Shown here one piece after another: positions 51,868-64,000 of a stretch of 64,000 nucleotides of DNA. The number at the start of each line of letters is the position of its first letter. The first letter of the stretch is position 1. The position numbers were made by a program, and so were the translations under genes. Origin of the DNA: the human T2T-CHM13v2.0 reference genome, Homo sapiens; assembly GCF_009914755.1 (NCBI RefSeq), contig NC_060926.1; one strand, written 5' to 3'. Below the pieces are notes generated by a model that made no database searches, was not told the origin of the DNA, and saw only the letters and a program-made list of their open reading frames with translations.

Positions 51868-54800
51868 CTTAACCTACTTATCTAAGGGAGACCCCCACTC
51901 CCTACAGATTTGGAGCCAGAGAAACTGAACTCAAGTGCCGGAGCCACTCCTCCCCAGCTGTGAGACTTGGCTCCAATCGTGTACACCCTGGGTCTCAGAT
52001 TTGGGGAACAGTGCATCCCCTCTCTCATTTTATAAATGAAGACAGTGAGGCAGCGCTTGGACTAGAAAACTGATGTTCTGACCTGGGATCTTCAAGATTA
52101 AAATAACTCATCTCCTCTTTCACTCCAGAGAAGGTGCAAACCTAGGTACATGGGCTCAGGTCAAGGCAAAGCTTGTCACCACCCATGGACAGAGAGAATG
52201 GGGAGGCCAAGATGGGTGGATGGGTGGGGCCCAGTGGAAGCCAGGCAGCTTCCCCACCTCTGATCCAGCGTTCATGGTTGCCATGTCTTCCGGGGAAGTG
52301 AATTTCAAGAATGAGCAGCACGTTCCTCCTGAAACAGAAAGACACATGCCTGGCAGCGTTAAACCGCAGTGGGTTTCAGATTTTCCCATCACGGGATCCC
52401 CCACAGTCCTGCCCCTTTCCATTAAGGAGCATAATCAGGAGGGTCCCTCATTTTAGTGCAGATAATCACAAAGTCACAGATAATTGACAAATCAAGTAGT
52501 ATGCAAATCAAGTGCTAATTCCAAGCAATTAAAAACTGAGTCACAGCTAAACTGCAGTTAATTTGAAATTTTTTTTTTATATAATGCAAAACACATTGAG
52601 CAGAGACAAGACACAATGACCAAAGAAATTATCCATGTTACTCTGAACAGGCAGAAAAGTGGGTGTGGCTACACACACCTTTCAATCAATACTTGGCATC
52701 CAGGAAATGAAGTCGTTGCATGTCCTGTCTCCTGCTGGATATAAATGCCAAATGGTGGAGGGACAGTGAAGGAGAGGCAGGCAATGTGCTCCCACGCCCC
52801 TCCGGAGGGCTCCGCAAGACTTAAAGCATCAGGTTAAAGGCAGACAGCAAGTTCCCTTGCAGGCAAAAAGGCAACACCAGAATGGAGAAAGGGGGTTTCC
52901 CCAAATCCTGGTATCAAGACAATTGGCCAGGCTGCTATGCCAGGAACAGAGACCCTCAAGGGAAGAAGGAATCCTCCTTCTTGCAGCTTCAATGACCCAG
53001 CAACAAAGTACACAAGCCCTTTTGGACGTGCTTCTTAGCCTGCCCAGAAAGACAATAGATTGCAGGGACAGGAAGGAAGGAGGTTGACCCACACGCCCTT
53101 GCCCAGACAATAGCCAGGCGCACCTCCGGCTGCCCGCACCAGGGCCAGAGTGCTGCCAACAGCCAAAGGAGACAGATGCAGGGACCCCGCGAGCATCCAG
53201 GCGGGAGCGCCTTCCTCCTGCCTAGGCTACTTTTCAAACCCCTGTGCTTTTTATGGTTCCTTTTCACTGTGGGTGGAATGAGCCACGGAGGTCAATGCCA
53301 CACACGCACACACAAAAGCTTCAGAGAGGACAAAGAGACTTCAATGTCATTCTCTGCACAGGGACGGAAAGACATATGGCCTTTCTGTGACAGGCCGCGG
53401 GCAATTGGAGCTCAAGATGCAGGTGGCAGAGGAGAGGCTATCACTGAAGAATAAATCTGAGAGAGCTGCAAAGTAATCACTTTGGATTAAGGCCACTTTT
53501 CCAGGGCCAGGAGGAACAAAGGCTACTTCCCAAAGCCTGTAGAATGAATATCCATTGTTTTTCATGACGAGAGAAGCCTCTCGGAGGGAGGAAGCAGGCT
53601 GTGCGCACATGGTCACCAGGCAGCAGGGCTGGCTGTCCCCGCCATCCCTGCGACCTCCCTGCTGTCTACTCAGGCATGGGCCCCCCAGGTCCCTGCACAC
53701 AGGCGCCTGCCCTCCCCCGCAATGGTAGGCCGGGCCCCCTGAGCACCTCGCAGAGACACACTCGCCCAGAGCCATGAAGCAAGAGGAAGAGGAAAACCAG
53801 CCAGAAAGTGTCCCCTCAACCTGCTTTTACTGCTCACTGGGGCAAGCAACCCCCAGCCTAGAGTGTTTTCTTCATGTTTTGTTTTTTGTAAAATCACCAT
53901 GACGTATTTTCAAATAAGAGATTGTTTCAGCTTGGTGCACAAGCCGCTGTCTCCAATGGGGACTGAAGGAACCCTCACCCAGGCAGGACTGAACCCCCTC
54001 CTGTATCTGGGAATCCCGTATCTGGAGAGAGAGAGTATGGCCACAGCCTCAGGCCTACCCACGAATCCCTTGTTACCTAGTCACCATCAGAACAAATCCC
54101 CACCTTCTGCAGGCTGTAGTCACACCCCAAAACCTCCTTCATTGAATCCCCCAAATCAGAATAAGCCCCTCCCTCCAAAGTCATTGTAAGGGAGCCCTGA
54201 GTTTGATCGTTCGGGGAGAACCAGACCTTTCCGGGGGCAGTGGAAGGGGGCCCAGGGCTCAGCGTTTGCAATTCACTGCACTGAACACCAAGAAAATAGT
54301 GACTTTTCACAGCAGGCAGTTTTGAGATAATAGAAACGTAGTCCTTTCAGGACCAAAACCTTTCTGTAGAACCATATTTCTGAAAACGTTTTTGCGTTTA
54401 GATTCTGTTCTCTGCCTCCTTAAACAGAGCATAGGAAATGCAGCCTTGTCCTCTCCAGCTCTCTCCAGTGATCACTATGAGTGGAGTCTCACCCGATTCC
54501 TTCTCTTTGGGGGCCTGGTTTTCTCACTTGTGAATGGAGAAGGTGATCCCACCTTTGGGTTGTTGTGGTTACAATCAGAAACTAAACGGCGAGATGGTGC
54601 ACGTTAAGCCACCGTGTGTGTGCCCATCCTAAACAAACTCGGGGTCCCCATCTCCTCCCCCAGGCCTTTCTGCCTCCCCAAACACCACCTCCCACACCTG
54701 GGGAGGGAGGAGCTACAAATAAGGCTGGGCTCTTCTCCTCCAGGTTAAATGGTATCAAATTGATACAGTTTTGGTAGTTCTTCCAAATGGCGCCTCTATG

Positions 54801-55679
54801 TCAGAGGGTCTGAAATTCCTTCTTCCTTCCATAAACATCCCTACTTGGAACCAGTGCGTTCTTTTTGTAGCTTTCCGCATTGCACTTGGACCTCCTACCA
54901 CAGCCATCCCACTAACAAGGCCTTAGTGTGTGCTCAAGTCTCCTTCACAGGCCGCTAGATGGCCAGAATTCTTTAACCAGAGCCGTAAGATCAGATGACT
55001 CTCAGCACTCCAGACTGTGAAATTCAAGAGGAATGACTCAATCTATATCTCATTTAGCTTGTAGGTCTCCAAGGACTCACTGGGACTACAATTATACCTG
55101 GGAGGCAGGGCAGCTCAGGGAAGCAAAAAGCAAAGTCTGAATATTTCATCTCACCTCCCCCAGATGTCCCTGGACATTTCTGCTTAGTCCGGATTTGGGA
55201 CAAACACTTTCCTTGTAGGTATCTATCTTGCTCTCACCCTTTCCATTCATAAAGTCTACATATCTAGTCAATGAGAATTATTCATCAGATACAGTGTGTT
55301 CCACAAGGGACCAAGTTTTAACCCTTGGCATAGGGAATTACAGGTAAGATGTAGAAAGAGAAATAAAAATGATGACCCCCCTGAAAATAGGGGATGCGGG
55401 CTTGAATAGAAAGGAGCTATACTTTTTACTCTTCAAATATCAGATTGATTTTTTTTTACTTTGAGCATGTTTTACTTTTTATTAAAAATAAATAAATTCC
55501 TGTGCCCCATAATCCAAACATACACTGCTAGTTGTCCTGTGTAGGTACTCAGAAGTGTTCCCCCAAAATATACACAAAAAAGAAAGATGTGTATTGCAAC
55601 ATTTTTTGAAATAGCAAAAAACTGAAACAAGCGAAGTGTTCACACAAAGAGGACAGGGGAAATAAGTCAGGTCCCCAAA

Positions 55680-55912
55680 GGTGATGAAATTCTACTTCAC
55701 TAGGAGTAAAAAGGGTTGGGGGGTCAGTGTGGAAACCAATGATGGTGAAACTCTACAGTCATTAGAAGTAAAAAGTGGGGGTCAGTGTGGAAACTCATGA
55801 TGGTGAAATGCTACAGTCATTAGAGGTGAAAGGGGTGGGGGGTCAGTGCGGAAACTGATGATGGTGAAACTCTACAGTCATTAGAAGTAAAAGGGAAGGG
55901 TCAGTGTGGAAA
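55680..55912. repeat. About 59-bp tandem repeat, 4 copies, within an L1ME-like relic
   Basis: gatggtgaaactctacagtcattagaagtaaaa...gggtcagtgtggaaa repeated. Confidence 0.85.
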
Positions 55913-57174
55913 GATTCTCAGGACAATTTAAGTAGAAAAAGAGGCAAGAGAGGCACTGAGAGTGCTGTAGATTATCTTTTTGGTTTAAATATTTTTTAAA
56001 AGTTAAATATTTGGGGAAGAATTGCAGAAACTGCTGACAGTAAGTGCCTTTGGTGAGAGGACTTGGGGAAAGGGGGCTTTTACTATTTATTCTGGGTCAT
56101 CCCCAATACTTGAATATTCTACCTTTATACCAATATATTGGGAAGAAAAATGGCACATTATATGACTCAGATGCAACACCTCCAAAAAGTTAGCCTACTC
56201 CTTATGGTTTCATCCTGATGAGTTTGGGGGTGGAGAGAGGGAGGACGTGTGACTCTGAGGCCTCACCTTCTCTTCCAGGAGACTAACTCAGTCTCTTTGA
56301 GGAAAATTCTCACCATTTCATGTTTCTCCCCAGTGTGGCATCTCAGTCTCTGGGGAGCTCCACGGTATTGAGGGTGGAGATGGGCTTGGGCCCATGTGGC
56401 CCTCGGGACCCTTTTGGTCTCACCCGGTTGGCTGTTGGTCAGCCCCAACCTGGAACGGCATCAGTCAGGCACATGATGTTGAACCACCGTCCAGGCTACC
56501 TGCCCCCTTTTCCTAACCCCAGGACTTGGCAGTTCCATGGGCCCGCTCAAGTGCCCCCAGGTGGCCTCACCGGGGTGTGTGGGACATGCCAGATTGACGC
56601 AGGATGCCCCCCACTCCTGCCAGGGAGCCAGCGACCCTGTGTCTTACGGCATGTCTGAGCACCCCCTCCACAGGGCAGCTCTCTGCCTCACCACCCCACT
56701 GGAGTCAATGCGGGGCTCCTCACACAGGCCCTCAGTTTACCCTGGTGGGTGCTGAAGGAGGTCGACCTCTACCTCTAATATCCTGGGATGCCCAGTGCCT
56801 CTCTGGGTATTGCACAACCACCTCCTGTGGCTCAGAGGCAGAGGAGCTGCAGAAGCAGCGTGGATACAGAACCACACAGCCTCCACCTCCACCTCTTCTG
56901 CTCTCTCAGATTCCCATGGAAGCTGCTCTATTTCCACTTCTGCCTGAGGGAAGGGCAGGGAGGGGAAATACATGTGGCAGGTTCAGGGGACAACCAGGTG
57001 ACATATGACTCTGACCAAAATCTTAACCATGCAAAAGACCCAGACCAGAGGATGCATTGTTTTACATACACTCGTATGTGTGTATGTGTGTGTGTGTCAC
57101 ATGTAGCTCTGTGTATCCACAACCACAATACAGAACAGTTCCATCGTCACAGGCTCCTCCTCCCCATACCCCGG

Positions 57175-58255
57175 TCCCTGGCAAGAACTTACCTGTTTTC
57201 CATGTCTACAATTTGTCATGTCAAGAATGTTATATAAATCAAACCATAGAGTATGTAAACTTTTGAGGTTTGCTTTTTCCACTCAGCATAGCTCCCTGAG
57301 ATCCACCCAACTTGTTGTATGTATCGATAATTCATTCCTTATTGCTGAGTAGTATTCCATGGTCGGCATGTACCACTTAGTTTAACCATGCACCCATGAA
57401 GAACATTAGGGTTTTTCCCAGTCTATTACAAGTAAAGCTGCTATGAACATTCATGCACAGATTTTGGCGTGAACATACGTTTTCATATCTCTGGGATAAA
57501 TCCTCATGAATGTCATTACTATGTCACACAGTAGTTAGTTGCATGTTTTGTTTTTTAAGAAACCATCAAACTCTTTTCCAGGGTGGCTGCACCATTTTAC
57601 ATTCTCACCAGCAATGTATGAGTGATCCAGTGTCTCTGTATCCTGACCAGCCATTGGTACGGTCAGCTTTTTATTTCACACATTCTGATAGGAGTGCAGT
57701 GGTGTCTCATTGTGGTTTAATTTGCATTCTTCTCATGGCTAATATGTTGAACATCTTTTTATGAACTTGTTTGCCATCTCTTTAACCTCTTTAATGAGGT
57801 GTCTGTTCATGTCTTTTGTTTATTCTCTAATTGGATTGGTTGTTTTTAATGTTGCTTTGTTTTCTACTGATCTTTATATATTTTAGATACATCCTTTCTC
57901 AGATGTGTGGTTTGCAAATATTTCCTTCTAGTCTTTCACTTGTTTTCTACGCTCTTAACAGAGAAAATTTTAAGTTTTCATGAAGTCCAACTTATCCTTT
58001 TTTTTCCTTTGTGGTTTGTACTTTTGGTGTCTAAAAACTTTTCACTTAGCCTTAGGTCCTGAAATTTTCTGTTGTTGTCTAAAAAAATTGTAGTTCTACA
58101 TTTTACATTTATCCATTTTGAGTTAATTTTTATGTAATATATCAGTCTTTGGTCAGATTTCTTTTTTTAACATATGTCCAGTTTCTCCAATACCATTTAT
58201 TAAAAAGGCTATCTTTCTTGCATTGAAATGCTTTTGCACCTTTGTCAAAAATCAT
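57175..58255 (-). mobile_element. Old L1M 3'/ORF2 fragment, antisense
   Basis: ttattgctgagtagtattccat, ggctgcaccattttacattctcaccagcaatgtatgag, cttttgcacctttgtcaaaaatca. Confidence 0.85.
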
Positions 58256-58259
58256 CTGC

Positions 58260-59948
58260 CACCAAAATTGGCAGACTAGGTAAATCCAAGACTCCATCCC
58301 TCCACCACAGCAGTGACTGAACTGGCAAAAACAGTCAGAATTGACTTTTTTGGAACTCTGGAATCTAATAAAAAAACAACCTGAAGGAACTTCTTTATTA
58401 ATGAGGCAAGGGGCTCCTAGATTTCAATAAGAGATCCCCGTGATTTTAGTTACCTGCTCACCATCCCCTCCCCTTGGGCTCAGTGGCAGCTCTGAAGGTG
58501 TTGGCCCACATGCCAGGTGCATGTTTCTGCCACCAGAGGGTCCAATATGGACTTTGCTCCCAAGGAATTATGGTTATATGTCACCTTTCTGGTGGCTCCC
58601 TAAAGGATCAACTCAAGGGTTTGCCTCAATTGCCTTAAAGCTTTTCCAAGGCTGAACTGGTTTCTTGGGTGATATTTGTCTAAAGTATTTAAAGGCAAAT
58701 TTACTAGCCACAGCCACAAGAGGAAATGGATAGGCGTCAGAGAAAGCAATAGACACACCAAAAACAAAAGAGAAAAGATGCTGGGAAAGGAGATACACGA
58801 TGGAATGGGAACCAAGACAGCCACATGCACAAAGGTGAACATGTCCTCATAAGAACTTGAGGAGACCCTAAGCTTCCACCTCTGCCTGATGCTTAGGCTC
58901 TGTGTAAACAGATGAAGGCAAAACAGAGTTGTAAACAGAGTACTCCGACACAGAGCCAACCTGCAAAGACCCGGAGTGCTCTTATGTGTTTGTGGTTTGT
59001 TGTTTGTTTGTTCATTCGTTTGTATGTTTCTGGCTCCAGACATTTAAGGAGATCTCTGCCAAATCACTCACAGATCACTAAAATAGTGGAACAGAGATTT
59101 CAGTGGTAAAACACAACAAATACAGTCTTTACAAAAAAATCTTAGAAAAGTCATTAAATCAAACAAATAATCCATAACAAGCAGCACAACAAACCCTGAG
59201 TGGGGAGGGGAGAAATGTGATTTCTAGAGTTACCACATTATAATGTACAAACTGTCCAGTCCAGTTCTCAACAAAAATAAAAATGTTTTGCATTCAAAAA
59301 AGTAAGGTCTATCCCATTCATAAGAAAATAAGAAATTAATTGAAAAATCTCTGCAAAAAAGTTGCTAGATAAAAACTGTAAATCAAAGACCATCTCAAAT
59401 TAGTTGAAAGAGTGAAAGGAAACCATGAACAAAGAATTAAAGAAAACCAGGAAAATTATGTCAAATGAGGAATACCAATATCAATAAAGAATATCAATAA
59501 AGAAATTGAACGTGTAAAAAGGTATCTAGTAGAAATTATCAATGTTAAATATATAATAACTGAAACATACATATGAACAGGCAGAAGAAAGAATTAGCAA
59601 ACTTGAAGATAGGTTATTTAATATGATCCAGTCTTTGGAACAGAAAGGAAAAAATGAAGAAAAACAGAGAGTCCAGGAGACATTTATGACACCAACAAGC
59701 ATACCAACATATATACAATAGCAATCTCAGAAGGAGAGATACAGAGAAAGAGGAGGAAAGCATTTTTGAATAAAACATGGACAAAAATCTACCTAAATTT
59801 AATAAAACATGAATCTACATCAATTAAGATAAAATCAGAAATCTACACTGAGACAAATTATAATCAAACTGTACAAAAAAAAGACAAAGAAAATCTTGAA
59901 AGCAGCAAGAGAGAAGAAACAACACATACAAGGGATCTCAATAAAATT
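58260..59948 (+). mobile_element. Ancient L1M (L1M4-like) 5' end plus decayed ORF1, cut off at the L1PA junction
   Basis: gcagaagaaagaattagcaaacttgaagatagg and aaatcttgaaagcagcaagagagaag ORF1 remnants. Confidence 0.75.
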
Positions 59949-60015
59949 AAAAGACCCCTTGTGAAATCTACATCTGATTAGTGTATCTGAAAGTGACGGG
60001 GAGAATGGAACCAAG

Positions 60016-60513
60016 TTGGAAAACACTCTGCAGGATATTATCCAGGAGAACTTCCCCAATCTAGCAAGGCAAGCCAACATTCAGATTCAGGAAATACAGA
60101 GAATGCCACAAAGATACTCCTCGAGAAGAGCAAGTCCAAGACACATAATTGTCAGATTCACCAAAGTTAAAACGAAGGAAAAAATGTTAAAGGCAGCCAG
60201 AGAGAGAGATCGGGTTACCCACAAAGGGAAGCCCATCAGACTAACAGCTGATCTCTCAGCAGAAACTCTACAAGCCAGAAGAGAGTGGGGGACAATATTC
60301 AACATTCTTAAAGAAAATAATTTTCAACCCAGAATTGCATATCCAGCCAAACTAAGCTTCATAAGTGAAGGAGAAATAAAATCCTTTACAGACAAGCAAA
60401 TGCTGAGAGATTTTGTCACCACCAGGCCTGCCCTAAAAGAGCTCCTGAAAGAAGCACTAAACATGGAAAGGAACAACTGGTACCAGCCACCGCAAAAACA
60501 TGCCAAATTGTAA
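60016..60513 (+). pseudogene. L1 ORF1 C-terminal half (5'-truncated)
   Basis: ENTLQDIIQENFPNLARQ...YPAKLS...QKHAKL*. Confidence 0.85.
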
Positions 60514-60576
60514 AGACCATCAAGGCTAGGAAGAAACTGCATCAACTAACGAGCAAAATAACCAGCTAACATCATC

Positions 60577-64000
<3,424 letters not shown>

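Overview
Primate, very probably human, genomic DNA, judged from Alu, L1PA, L1M, L2, MIR, MER and ERVL/ERV1 elements. I cannot support any host protein-coding exon and cannot assign the locus from sequence alone. It looks intergenic or deep-intronic, with many transposon relics, VNTRs and low-complexity TG, GA and GAT tracts that explain most of the long spurious ORFs. The only real reading frames are LINE-1 ORF0, ORF1 and ORF2 remnants and a decayed ERVL pol. There is also a U13 (SNORD13) snoRNA retrocopy. The most unusual structure is a pair of same-strand L1PA pieces about 55.5 kb apart. The left one has an intact 5' end and stops at 5686. The right one lacks its 5' part and starts at about 59949. 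They overlap by 1187 bp and share about a dozen non-consensus substitutions, six of them amino-acid changing. They therefore look like one L1 split by a ~54-kb segment with a 1.19-kb direct duplication, or else homogenised by gene conversion. Several repeat-free, motif-dense AT-rich islands look like candidate enhancers. Repeat family names come from recalled consensus sequences, not from a RepeatMasker run.
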